Shown here: in pieces, positions 32,427-49,027 of the stretch
Position numbering within the stretch: the stretch's first letter is position 1
Layout of the letters: every line of letters begins with the position of its first letter
Assembly (NCBI RefSeq): GCF_009914755.1
Contig: NC_060932.1
DNA from: the human T2T-CHM13v2.0 reference genome, Homo sapiens
Direction: 5' to 3' (one strand)
Length of the DNA: 64,000 nucleotides
The notes under the pieces: model-generated
Database searches by the model: none
Told to the model about the DNA's origin: nothing
The model's input: the letters and a program-made list of their open reading frames with translations, nothing else
Translations under genes and position numbers: made by a program

Positions 32427-32640
32427 CTCGCGAATCCTCGGGACCCCACAACGCACCCAAAGCCGGCAGGGAGGGTGGTCCGGGGCGCCGGGGACACAGC
32501 CGGGCTGGGGCGCCGCGTCAGAGCCAAGTAGGCGTCTCCTGTCAGGTCCAGAGGTCTGAGCAGTGGAGGGAGACTCCGGGAGCCGAAAGTGAAGCGGGTC
32601 CCGCACCAAGGAGACGTTGAGGGCCGCACAGGTAGAAGGA
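32427..32640 (-). other. ATP6V1H: ATP6V1H non-coding exon 1 (5' UTR); 5' end approximate
   Basis: Donor GAG|gtaagg at 32427/32426 inside the CpG island, just downstream of the promoter motifs. No ATG in the exon. Confidence 0.8.
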
Positions 32641-32676
32641 AGCCAGGGCGGCCGCAGTAGAATGACAGAGGCGCCG

Positions 32677-32700
32677 GTCACGTGATCGGAGGCACGTGAC
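32677..32700. promoter_or_regulatory. Two CLEAR/E-box motifs (TFEB/TFE3/MITF/USF class)
   Basis: GTCACGTGAT at 32677-32686 and GGCACGTGAC at 32691-32700, each 9/10 to the CLEAR consensus GTCACGTGAC. ATP6V1H is an established TFEB target. Confidence 0.85.
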
Positions 32701-33122
32701 TGCTGCGGAAGGCGGAAGCCGGGAGACTCCAAAGCAGCAAGAGGAGGGGCGGGCGCTGCGGCGGGGCTTGTTCGGTGCGGACAACTGGATTCCCGAGTCC
32801 GTAACTTGGGCCCCGGAGCGACGCAAGGGTCGGGCCCCAGCCAGCCAGGGCAGGTGGGAGGCGGCGAGCGTGGCGGGCACGCTAAGACCCGCCGCCCCCA
32901 GACCTAGTGCCTCGCCTAGGGGAGGCCGAGGACCTCCGCCCGGAAGCAGCTAGCAGAGGCCAAAACGCTCTTATTGTAACCGTCATTCTTTTGAAAAGTT
33001 TGATTTCGCGCTTTCAAATTAATTTCCATTTGGATTTAACAGCTCCATGAAGCAGGCGTTCTTATTCTGATTTTAAATAGAAAACTCGGGCTGAGAAGTG
33101 GGTCTGAAAAGCTCTCTTAACC

Positions 33123-33245
33123 TAGGGTTGCACATTTAGCAAATAATAAATTCCATTGCAGTATTTACTTTTATACTAAAAAGTTATTCGTTGTTTATCT
33201 AAAATTCACATTTACAGGACGTCTGGTATTTTATCCAACAGTCCC
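33123..33245. mobile_element. MER53-like hAT element (internally deleted)
   Basis: tagggttgc..atttagcaaataa..tatactaaaaagttattcgttgtttatct. Confidence 0.7.
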
Positions 33246-33299
33246 ATCTGGAGCCCAAATTTTCCCCTAGTCCAGGCCTCAGCAACTGTCTTTGCCTTA

Positions 33300-33670
<371 letters not shown>

Positions 33671-34245
33671 TTCTTTGAAAGGGATTTATAACCAACCCAT
33701 TTTTACTCGTAAAATTAAAGTCAGAATAATCAAAATCATGCATTGATTATGAATAAAGATATATAATAACAGTGTCAAAGATTGTACTAGGTCACTCATT
33801 CTGTCTTAGCCAGAAGTGAAAGTCTGTTGTTTTGAAAGCAAATCTAAGGGGAAAAACTTTCATAAAAGAGAAAAAGAAACCGATCGTGTACTAAGAAACT
33901 CCCAAAAGCTGAAACAGCATGTTTTCTGTGTAACTGAGCAAAGCTGGCAGTGAGGCCTGATCTTCGCATTTCCTTTCTGTATCACCTAAGCCACAGACTG
34001 GCGTGATACAGCGAGTCTCATCAGATTTCGGGAGGCTCTCCTCTTTTCCTAGAGGCACAAAGTTATGGAACAAAATCAGGAACAGTGCAGTGAGCAGAGG
34101 GGACTGCTTCACAGGCACCTGGGCTGGCGTTCTCCGAGCATCACAACATTACCAGACAATTTGCCTGGAGTAGGGAGAAGAGAAGAGGCAGGTACTCCCG
34201 GCATTATCTCTCTTAACATTATTTCTGTAACACTTCTATCGGAGA

Positions 34246-34599
34246 TTTTTCTTGGTCCATTCAGGCTCCTGTAACAGTGCTGTAGACTGGGTGGCTTATA
34301 AACAACAGAAAGTCATTTTCTCACAGTTCTGGAGGTTGAAAGTTCAGAATTGGGGTGCTATCATGGTGAGGTTCTGGGAAGGATTGTCCCAGGTTGCAAA
34401 CTGCTGTCTTCTCATTGTAGCTTCACATGGTGGAGAGGTGAGAGAGCTCTCTGGGGTCTCTTTCATAAGGACATTAATTTCATTCATGAGAGCTCCACCC
34501 TCATGACCTGATCATTTCCCAAAGGTCCCACCTCCTAATATCATCACCTTGGGAGTTAGGATTTCAACACAGGAATTTTGGGGAGACACAGACCATAGC
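34246..34599 (-). mobile_element. MLT1A-like MaLR LTR
   Basis: agactgggtggcttataaacaacagaa..tcacagttctggagg..ccctcatgacct..gaccatagc. Confidence 0.8.
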
Positions 34600-34631
34600 G
34601 GTGATCTCAGTTACCTAATTATATAACATAC

Positions 34632-34974
34632 CTGGGGTCCCCATACCCTGGGCCACAGACTGGTGTGGTCCATGGCCTGTTAGGAACCCGGCTGCACAGC
34701 AGGAGGTGAGCGGCGGGCAAGCCCCATTACCGCCTAAACTCTGCCTCCTGTCAGATCAGCAGCGGTAGTAGATTTTCACAGAAGCATGAACCCTATCGTG
34801 AACTGCACATTGCAAGGGATCTAGGTTGCACACTCTGTATGAGAATCTAATGCCTGATGAGCTGAGGTGGAACAGTGTCATCCTGAAACCAGCCCCATCA
34901 CCTCCCACCCTGTCTGTGGAAGAATTGTCTTCCTCGAAACTGGCCCCTGGTACCAAAAGGGTTGGGGACTGCTG
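34632..34974 (+). mobile_element. MER1B (hAT-Charlie)
   Basis: ggggtcccc..ggcctgttaggaacc..ctcctgtcagatcagc..gagaatctaatgcctgatga..ggttggggactgctg. Confidence 0.85.
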
Positions 34975-35819
34975 TATTATGACATAAGAAAGATAACCTT
35001 TGAGCTACTTTGTAATTTCTTTGAAATTGAGCTTCAGATTTGTTATTTAGAAATGACATAAGGGGAAGTTAGATGAATCTATATGGACAGGAGAAAATAA
35101 TATTAATAATGTATTTATTAAGTTAATGTTCAATTCTTCACTAGAATAGGATTACATGTTTGGAGATGTAAACTAGGAATCTACCACTTAGGAATCATCA
35201 GAAGGTAGAAAATATATGACGTTTCAAAGGAATTTCTTCTGTCTGAAATATATGGAATGCTATAAACACCATCATTTCCAATCTTTTCTTTCCAAGTATG
35301 AATTGAACTTATATTTGCCCACAGAAGTAGAAGAGTTCTAGTCAAAGAAAATCCTATTCTAAAATATTTGTCATGAAAACTTACCACCCCCAAGTGAAGA
35401 TTATGCTGCCAGCCTACCTTCAGTTACACAAGGACTTTGAGAAGTTTTTATAGCTGACTGAATAAATTATTAGTTTAATGGAAGAATGGTTTTTCCATTC
35501 TTTCACACAGTCTCCTTGGGAACAATAGGCATTTGCAAGAAGCTGGCCTAGTTTGGCCTAATGGTAACACTGAGTAGTGACGTCATGACCCCTTCACAAA
35601 GTGCTCTAACCAACTGTCCTAACAACTTCTGATTGCTTTGGTATTGCCAAAGCACATCTATCATCAATCATGCTGGTTTTCACTTACACTCCATACCAGT
35701 GTCCTGAATACTCATGGCAACCAAGCTTCAGATTTTTCAGGTAAGTTAATTTCATTGCATTGCACCATCGGCCCCATAAGGACAACCTCCACAATTTGAC
35801 ATTTTAAAAATATGGTCCA

Positions 35820-36300
35820 TGTGGTAGACAGCTTCTGAAATGGCTCTTAATGATCACCACCTCCCAATGACTCATATCCTTGTGAAATCCTCTCTTCTTG
35901 AGTGTGGGCTAGATCTACTGATGTTCCTATAAGGACCAGAAAATGGCAAAAGTAAAGGGATGTCACTTCTGAGATCAGGTTACAATGCAAGCTGCCTTGC
36001 TTGCATTATCCCAGGTTCTTCTCACTTGCTCACTCTGATGAAGCAAGGTGCTGTGTTGTTAACCATAAAGAGGCTGATGTGACCAAGCTAAGAATAGCCC
36101 CAAGTGAACAACTAGTAGAAAATTGAAGCCCTTAGTCCAACAGGCTTCAAAGAACCAAATGTGGACAACTGCATGGGTGAGCCTGAAAGTGAGCCCAGCT
36201 GAGCTTTGAAATGTTAGCAGCCAACACCTTCACTGCAGCCTTGCAAGAGACCTGGCACCAGAAAACACAGCTATACTGCAGCTTGGTTCCTGAAATTGCA
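35820..36300 (+). mobile_element. MLT1F/G-like MaLR LTR
   Basis: tgtggtagacagc..cttgagtgtgggct..gggatgtcacttctgagat..cactgcagccttg. Confidence 0.75.
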
Positions 36301-37775
36301 ATGATGTATGAGATTTATTGCCCCACTCGAAAACATTTGGTCAATTTAGGAAGTTGCCTTTCTTTTTAGAAAATTTAACAGCTTTGTTAAGCTGTAATTC
36401 ACATACCATGTAACTCACCCATTTAAAAGGTACAATTCAATGGTTTTTAGTATATTCACAGCACTATACAAATATCACCACAATCAATTTTAGCCCATTT
36501 TCGTCACTCTAAAAAGAAACCTCTTATCCATTAGTAGTCACTTTCTTCCTCTCCAAAAACCCCCCTGCCCTAGGCAAATACTAATTTTTTTATATCTCAA
36601 GATTTGCCTATCCAGGAGATTTCTTTAATAAATGTAATCATACAATATGTGGCCTTTTGTGGATGACTTCTTTCACTTAGCATAAAGTTTTCAAGGTTTA
36701 TCTATGTTGCAACATGTATCTATACTTCATTCCTTTTTATGGCTGAATAATATTCCATTGTATGATGTACCATATTTTGCTTATCTGCTTACCAGTTAAT
36801 GGGCATGCAGATTGTTTCAATTTTTTAGACATTTGTGTGCAAGTCTTCGTGCGATCGTAGGTTTCATTTCTGTTATTTGAGTAGATACCTAGGAGTAGAA
36901 TTGCTGGCTTATGTGGTAACTCTATATTTAACATTTTGAGGAACTGCCAAATTGTTTTCCAAAGTGGTCGCAAGGCCTTGCATTCACCCCAGTAATGAAT
37001 GAAAGATCTACATTTCTCCACATCCTCACCAACACTGTCATTGTCTGTCTTTTTAGTTAAAGCAAATCCATTTGGGTATGAATAGGTATCTCACTGTGGT
37101 TTTGACTTCCTTTTCCCAATGTCTAATAATGTTGAACATCTTTTCGTGTGCTTATTTAGCAATTTGTACATCTTCTTGGGAGAAATGTTTATTTAAACAC
37201 TTCACCCATTTTTAATTGGTATTTTTTGTTTGTTTTTGAATTGTAAGAGCTCTGTATATATTCTGGATTACAAGTCCCTTATTATTTACATGATCTGCAA
37301 TATTCTCCCCTATTTTGCGGGTTGCCTTTTCACTTTCTTCTTGATGTACTTTAAAGCACAAAAGTTTTTAATTTTGATTAAGTCTAATTTACCTACTTTC
37401 TTGTGCTTTTCATATTGTATCTAAGAAGGCTTTGCCTAATCCAAGGTCAGAAAGATTTAACCTTATGTTTTCTTCTCAGAGTTTCATAGTTTTGGCTATT
37501 ACATTTGATCTATGATTCATGCTGAATTAGTTTTTGTAAAGAGTGAGAAATAGAGGTCCTATGTAATTTTTCTGCGTGTGGATAACCACTTGTCCCCACA
37601 CCATTTGCTGAAAAAACAATTCTTTCCCCATTGAATTGTTCTGGCACATTGTCAAAAACCAATCGACCATAAATGTATGGGTTTATTTCTGGACTCTCAA
37701 TTCTGTCCCATTGATCTACACATCTACATACCTATCCTTATACCAGTACCACACAGTCTTAATTACTGTCACTTT

Positions 37776-39669
<1,894 letters not shown>

Positions 39670-39769
39670 TAATTACTGTAGCTTTGTTGTAAGTTTTAAA
39701 ATTGGGAAGTGTGATCCTTCAACTTTGTTCTTTATCGAGACTGTTTTGGATATTTTGGGTCCCTTATAA

Positions 39770-40359
<590 letters not shown>

Positions 40360-40829
40360 CCTTATAATTTTATATGAATTTTAGAATCAACTATCAACTC
40401 CTGCAAAAGAAAGGAGCTGACATATGATAGCCATTGTGTTGAATCTGTAAAGCAATTTTACAAAAGGAAACTTTTCCAGTTCATAGACCCCAGTAATACA
40501 CATCCCTTACCTTTGTGCACCCTCAAACCCAACAGAAGCTATTGGGCATTAGTTGCCTCTTGACAGAAAGGTATTCTACCTTTTCCACTCTGTTTAATAA
40601 TCTTATATTTATAAAGCAGTTTATAAATATGAAGTATAGTGTTAGAAGCCAATTCTTGGCTTACTCATTGGGTACCTAGTCATCTCATAAGAAAATCAAT
40701 TTAACTTACTCCACATGATGTATGTAAAAAGAATAATAATTCTTGAGTTTAAGTTTGGGTATGAGTTTTGCATATGTTACTAGCTACAAAGATGACTGCT
40801 ATTAAGATGACCTTTTAAGAAACCTGGAA

Positions 40830-41190
40830 AGATTAAGCCAACCATCTGCCTGTCAATTGCATAGCCCAAGATTGTCAAGTACTATTGGCTATCACACACC
40901 ACTAACACAAGAATTTTTGCCAAACAATCTATTTAATTTATCACTATATGCTAAGCTGTATATCACTTGGATCATTTCTTTCCATTTTGATTTAGGATTA
41001 CATTTTAATTAAGAATACATTTCTGCCTTTAGAGGGCACTCATAACATACAGTACCTAGACATTCAAAATAAGCAGCTCTACCAGGAATAGAACATGAAA
41101 GATCTGTGGATAAGCTGCTGATCCACAAAGCAGGTAATCCTTTTGCTTTCATTAGTATAACTTTTGGAGAAGTCTCCCCACAGATTCAGA
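40830..41190 (+). promoter_or_regulatory. Putative non-CpG promoter of the long RGS20 isoform
   Basis: TATAA at 41156-41160, K50-homeodomain sites GGATTA (40995-41000) and TAATCC (41135-41140), and Maf half-site TGCTGA (41116-41121). Confidence 0.55.
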
Positions 41191-41292
41191 GCCAGCCCAG
41201 CATTAACCAAACAAAGAGAAGCAGAGTGGATCCTGTGCTAATATTGGGAAAACCAGGCAACAGGACTCATTTGGGGCCTTTATTGTGAAAAC

Positions 41293-41457
41293 ATGCCCCA
41301 GCTTTCCCAAGATAACCAAGAGTGCCTCCAGAAACATTTCTCCAGGCCGTCTATATGGACACAGTTTCTGCCCCTGTTCAGGGCTCAGAGATATAATACA
41401 GACATTCACCAAATCACAGAAAATGAAGGAGACCTCAGGGCTGTTCCTGATATCAAG
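41293..41457 (+). CDS. RGS20: RGS20 long (Ret-RGS-type) isoform, first coding exon (MPQLSQDNQECLQKHFSRPSIWTQFLPLFRAQRYNTDIHQITENEGDLRAVPDIK)
   Basis: ATG at 41293 (aaacATGc), 165 nt, donor AAG|gtaagg. The peptide is recognised as the N-terminus of the long human RGS20 isoform, and RGS20 is the known head-to-head neighbour of ATP6V1H. Confidence 0.92.
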
Positions 41458-41720
41458 GTAAGGTGATTTCCACAATCCATGATCCTTTCCCGTCAAGGGA
41501 AAGTGTTTACCCAGAAAGAATATAAAACTATACTCAAGCTTTAGTGCCATTGCTCACTTATCTTAATGTTTTATCAAAAATGTTTTCAAACCATCCCCAA
41601 GGGAAATCTAGAACCTAGATGATAATTACCTGATCTATCTAGTTTTCTCCAATCTAAACAGATTCCCTTTACCAAAATAAATTATTATGTATTGCTTTTT
41701 TGTTTGTTTGCTTGTTTCAG

Positions 41721-41936
41721 GTGATAACATTCAACAAATCTAGACAGATTTTGTGGCTATTAGTGTTAGCCCTAGGATATCTTTCTCCGATATAAATATT
41801 ACATCCCATATAATAATGAAAGAAAAATTATAGACCGCTTTCTACAAAAAATTCCTTGGGAAAAAATTGATAAACTAAGAACATAAGAACATTAAGGAGC
41901 TGAGGGGTGTTTTTTCCAAATTCAAAGTTTCCAAAG
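41721..41936 (+). pseudogene. Probable disabled (fossil) RGS20 exon
   Basis: Strong acceptor ttttttgtttgtttgcttgtttcag| and donor AAG|gtgaat, in non-repetitive sequence 263 nt after exon 1. All three frames carry stops. See findings. Confidence 0.55.
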
Positions 41937-43429
41937 GTGAATTTCCTAAGCATGAGTTTCTATCAGTAGGTAATAACATTATTTCTCCAAAAAGTGACAA
42001 TTTTCCTGCTGGATGTTGTGTGTATATTTGAAAAAAATACAGTTTGAGTCTGTAAATCCTCTTAGCTATTAATAGAACCATCTCATAAAAGGTTACTTGG
42101 CATAGAATATGGACATGTGTTAATGTCTAACAAGCAATGAGCACACTCAAAATTAAATGCTGCAAAACTATAAAACTGTTCAAATACTTTAACACCAGAA
42201 AATTCACCTGTTCTTTTGCCGCGGCTCATATCCTGATATCATTATTTATTTGCAAATTCTTTACAAAATTCTCTAGGTCTGCCCTTTCTCCTAATGTTAT
42301 TTTAACCATTTGGCACAAGTGGAGGGGAAAAAAAAAATAAAAAGGGTCAACACAAAGCTTTTTCTGTAAAAATATACGGACCTGTTCTTTTGAGCTTTCA
42401 GACATATGTGAACAAATAACACATGAATTCCCACACCGCCTATTATCATCTAAGCACTAAGAGTTTAGCAAGCTGCAATGAAATGGGATGTAGTGTCCAA
42501 GAGTCCTGAATTAATGGACATCTTAATGTAGGCGACACATGCAAAAGATATTTCTAAAAGGCAGAATGTGGAGGCTACTTTGAGGAAACAGAGAGCAACA
42601 ACAACAAATATACCCATTGTATGGTGCATATGTATGCTGTTGTATATGTGTGTATGTATATGCACCCACACACACATATATATAATTTCAAAGTTCTAAC
42701 TATCTTGAGAAGGTATGCTCTAAGTGGAATCAAAGACAAATAAAATGCAAAAATATTTAAGAATCAGTATTACACCTTCCCATGGCATCCTGGAATCGAC
42801 CACACATGCTGGTGCTGGGCAGCCTAACTTCTATCCTAACCTCACTAACCTGTTAACAGGTTCCAGTCTGTACAGCAGCAGGTGAGGGTAGAAGGAAGCA
42901 ATCCAGTTGGGATGCTACTGGCTCCTTCACTCAGTTTTTGCCTTTTGAAAAAATCTTTTTATATTGCATTTGAATACAGAAAGAGGAGACATGTGCCTCA
43001 TCTAGCAAATGTAAGGATGGAAACACTCAACTCATTTTGAGTCTGCAGATACCATTGAATCCTTACTAACTGCAAAACCTTGGGCTAGGAGCCATAGGGA
43101 ATAAAGAGAAAGAGCAAGATATGCTCCCTCCTTTCTAGAGACTTACTGTGTATTGAGAAAGACAAACATATAGCATATTATCAGCATGACTCATGTCAAT
43201 AACATAAGATACCTACATAATTATTGTATATTCTTTCAATCAGTAAGATATTAGGGGAGGAATATGATCACTATGGGGTAAGACAATTGAAGAAGCCCAG
43301 TGTTAGAGTGAAAGCAGTGAAATCTAAGGTAGACGTGAAATAATGTCTAAGAACATATATAGAGGCAGAAAGAGGGAACGTGAGCTAAAATGTATCTAGA
43401 CGTCAAGGGGTCAGTCAGAAATTCTCCAA

Positions 43430-45168
<1,739 letters not shown>

Positions 45169-45537
45169 AGCAAACCTCTAAAGGCAGGTTAAACTGACAA
45201 TATGACACACAAATCACCTACATTTATTGTTGTGGTTATTCCAGTTGTTCTTTTCATTTGGCTCCTTGGGTTAATAGCATTGATGTGGTCTGACCTGTTT
45301 TAGAGATGAGAAAACAAGTTTAGATATACTATTGGTTGCATATGTGAAGTCAGCTGAGAGGTGATTTGAATCTGGATTTTCTGACACTGATTTCAATAAG
45401 TATTTGATAGCTTCTGACAGTGATTTAAAAAGTGGACTGTAGTTTCCTGGGCTTGAAGTCAGTCTTCTTCATAGTACTTTCTGTATGATTTCTGCCCAAA
45501 ATACTCCAACATGGGCCACTAATTTACTACAAAATAA

Positions 45538-45990
<453 letters not shown>

Positions 45991-46884
45991 TAGCCAGCAG
46001 TTTTTCTAGACAATCGACATGAGGAAGAGAAAGCATTACAGCTGCTCTAGTGATAAGTCAACTCTGTCAATATAGATATATATGTTTATGTGTGTGCATT
46101 CTTTCTTAATTATAAACATGGTCAGAGCTTAGACAAGAGAGCTGTTTCCACAAGGTTATTTTTCAGCCCATTCCAAAGTCAATGCCCTTCTGAAAGTGTG
46201 GGCTTCTGAGTGCTCTGCTGTTCCAGACATGTGATCCCTTGAGCAGCTGATCAAAGCACTTATTTTGAGACCTTATACACAGAAATGAGAAAATAAATCT
46301 CAAGGCACCAAAGGGCAGCTACAAAGACAATGGAGCCTTGTGTGATGAAAATGATAGAGGAAAGAAGAAAGGAAAAACAGCTTAGTAAGAGAGCAAGTAC
46401 GCCTGTTGGCCAAACACCTTACCATAAGTGTATTCAGAAGACAGAATTATTCTGTCCTGCCTCCATTTGTGAAAGAGTAAGTTCACTGAGAAGAATAAAG
46501 TTGTTTCTTATTTTCCTGAAGGCGCTCCAAAAATAATTCCATAGTAAGTAGTTTAACACTTGAGATGTTCACAAACCTATTGAGGAAAGGGCTCATTTGG
46601 AAGTCAGCCATACTTCTCTCTGCCGTGGCTAGCATGCACATGTTCAGTGGCTGTCTCCTCTGGCACCTGCTGCAGGGTCTTCCCAAGTGAGGCCAAGGGG
46701 ATGTGGCTCCACAGGCCTTGTGGCTCAGGTCCTTGGGTTCTCAGTGAGCAGTACTTACTTGGTCTTCCTTTGATGGAGACCATAAGGAAGACCTTGGGTA
46801 TGCTCTTTGGGAAAGTGAAAAAAGGTCTTCAATTATTCAGCCTCTAAGCTCACAGAACCCAGGACAATCCATGTGATATTAAGA

Positions 46885-47440
46885 ACAAAAAAAGAGGGGG
46901 GATGGAGAAAGGGAAGATGTTGGTCAAAGGGCACAAAGTATCAGTGAGATGAGAGAAATAAATTTTAGTGATCTATTCTACAGTATGGTGACTGTAGTTA
47001 ACACAGCTTGAGCATCCCTAATCTGAAAGTCCAAAATGCAAAATGCTCCAAAATCTGAAACTTTTTAAGTGCAGATATGACATTCAAAAGGAATGCTCAT
47101 TGGAGCATTTCAGATTTGGATTTTTAGATTCGGGATGCCAAGCCAGTAAATATAATGCAAATATTCCAAAAGCTGAAAAAAATCTGAAATCCAAAACACT
47201 TCTGGTTCCAAACATTTTGTTTAAGGAATACTTAGCTTGTAATCATGTATATTTCAAAGTTGCAAAAAGCAAATTTTTAACTGTCTCATCACAAAAAAAA
47301 AATAGATGAGATGATGGATATGTTAGCTTTATTTAAGGTTTCTACCATGTATACAAATATTAAAACATCACATTGTACCCCATAAATATATGCAATTATT
47401 ATGTGTGAATTAGAAATAAAAATAAAAAAATAAAATAAAA
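46885..47440 (+). mobile_element. L1MA-like 3' end interrupted by Tigger4a (MER46A, 47004-47239)
   Basis: The L1MA tail (gatgttggtcaaagggcacaaa..cacattgtaccccataaatata) is split by ttgagcatccctaatctgaaa..aaatgctccaaaatctgaaactttt. Confidence 0.82.
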
Positions 47441-49027
47441 TAGTGTTTCATCTTGTCATAAAAGGTACTTATTATCATCCCAGAGACTATTCTTATATAG
47501 CTAACTTGGACAATCCCTTACATTAATTAAGCACCTAAGATACCAGCTAATGCCTTTCAAAGTAAAAAATGAAATGGTGATCAACTTAAAAGTAAATGGC
47601 GGCTAGATGTGGTGGCTCACGTCTGTAGTCCCAGCGTTTGGGATTACACTGGCAGCCTTCACCACACCATCCACTGGGCTCTAATCTGAGCACCTGTACA
47701 CTCCACTTACAATTCTGATTAAGAATCTGAACAGGAAAAATTGAAAACCATTCTATCAATGAAACAGGCTAGTATCTCACTGCAGTAAGGCCCGCAGGAG
47801 AGGTCATAATTAGAAAACTCTGGTGACTATAAATAAAAAATAAAGCATTCTTTATATCAGAAATGGATGCATATATATATACATATATATATATACACAC
47901 ACACACACATCCTTTTAAAAACCTCTATGTACACATACCCGAAAGAAAGCATAATGTGTATTTGTGCTTTTCAGATATACATTGGCTTGAAAAAAGTCAA
48001 TGTAATATTGCAAAGAGCCAGAGGTGGCATTGCTGAAGAAAGAGAGGCAGGGAAGAGTGAAAAGGGCGATGGCACATGATACTGATTCACCCTGGAGGTT
48101 TTAGAAACAATTGAGACGCCCCCAAGCAAGGAAGGTGGAGAAGGGTCTCCGGTGATCAGCTGGGGCAAGCTCAAAAGATTATTTGCTGCAGTTAATGTGG
48201 CCCCATTTTTTTTAACCTGTAGGCCATGTCCAATGCCTCCTTGACTGTCTGAAAAATATCCAGCAATGGAACTGGGGTTATGTTTAAAAAAAAAAAAAAA
48301 AAAAACCGCGGGGGGTGGGGCAGAGGAAGTGGGAAGTACTGAAAGGGTTTTCAGAAGAGAGATGTGGTCTTTGATTTGCCTTAAAATAATCCAGGGGAGG
48401 AGGAAAGTAGGAGTGTAAGAGATAATGCAGACTTGACAATGTGTTCTTAATTATTGAAACTGGGTGATGGACATGAGGGTTCATGAAGATAGTCACTCAG
48501 ATTTTTTGTATTTTGAAAATTAACATAATACATTTGTTTTTAAGAATCCCAAAGACTAGAGCTTACGATGTACCTTTAAATTTAAATAACAAACGAACAA
48601 ACTTTTCATATTCTATTTATACACCACAATGGAAGCTGTTGTGTATGCTGTCTAGCAAACATTCAGTAACTGCACAAATCATCTTGACCTTTTGGGGAAT
48701 ATTTTAAATGGCAAAAAATATCCCATATGAAAATCAAAGAAGCATACTGCAAAAATCCTGGCTAGCTTTAGTATACTGGTTTGTTTGTCTTTTCATTGAT
48801 TTTACAACTCTCAGATTTTAAATGGTTTTAATGGTTACAGAAAAATATATCTAGTATCATTACCATTGTTCAAAAGTCTCATAAAATCATGTTGGCTTCC
48901 CTGCTGAAATCAAGCCAGTCTTCACAAAGCCACAGAATCACTGCAAATGTTTTAGAAAATTTACATTAAAGTTTTACCCTCTTGCAAGATAAAGATGTGA
49001 ATAAACTATATTGGGAAACTCAGGGAG

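Larger units (their letters stand above)
31980..32960. promoter_or_regulatory. CpG island / ATP6V1H promoter
   Basis: The only CpG-rich, GC-rich kilobase in the window. GC box GGGGCGGG at 32746-32753 and tandem ETS/GABP-like CGGAAG at 32706-32711 and 32713-32718. Confidence 0.9.

Noticed and set aside
32107-32953. Several 68-183 aa ORFs over the CpG island
   Set aside because: GC-rich sequence is depleted of stops. The starts are non-AUG or upstream of the likely TSS, and no protein is recognisable.
35595-35625. tRNA A-box-like sequence on the minus strand (ttaggacagttggttagagca)
   Set aside because: No cloverleaf or B box follows. At most a decayed tRNA-derived SINE head.
42208-42345. Minus-strand exon-like stretch ending CAG|gtgaat (MVKITLGERADLENFVKNLQINNDIRI*)
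   Set aside because: No AG directly after the pyrimidine tract, an internal stop, and no gene context on that strand.
47975-48134. Good acceptor (tttgtgcttttcag|) with a purine-rich frame IYIGLKKV..GDGT*
   Set aside because: The only nearby donor is weak (AAG|gtggag) and there are two stops. Cannot be distinguished from a chance pseudo-exon without alignments.
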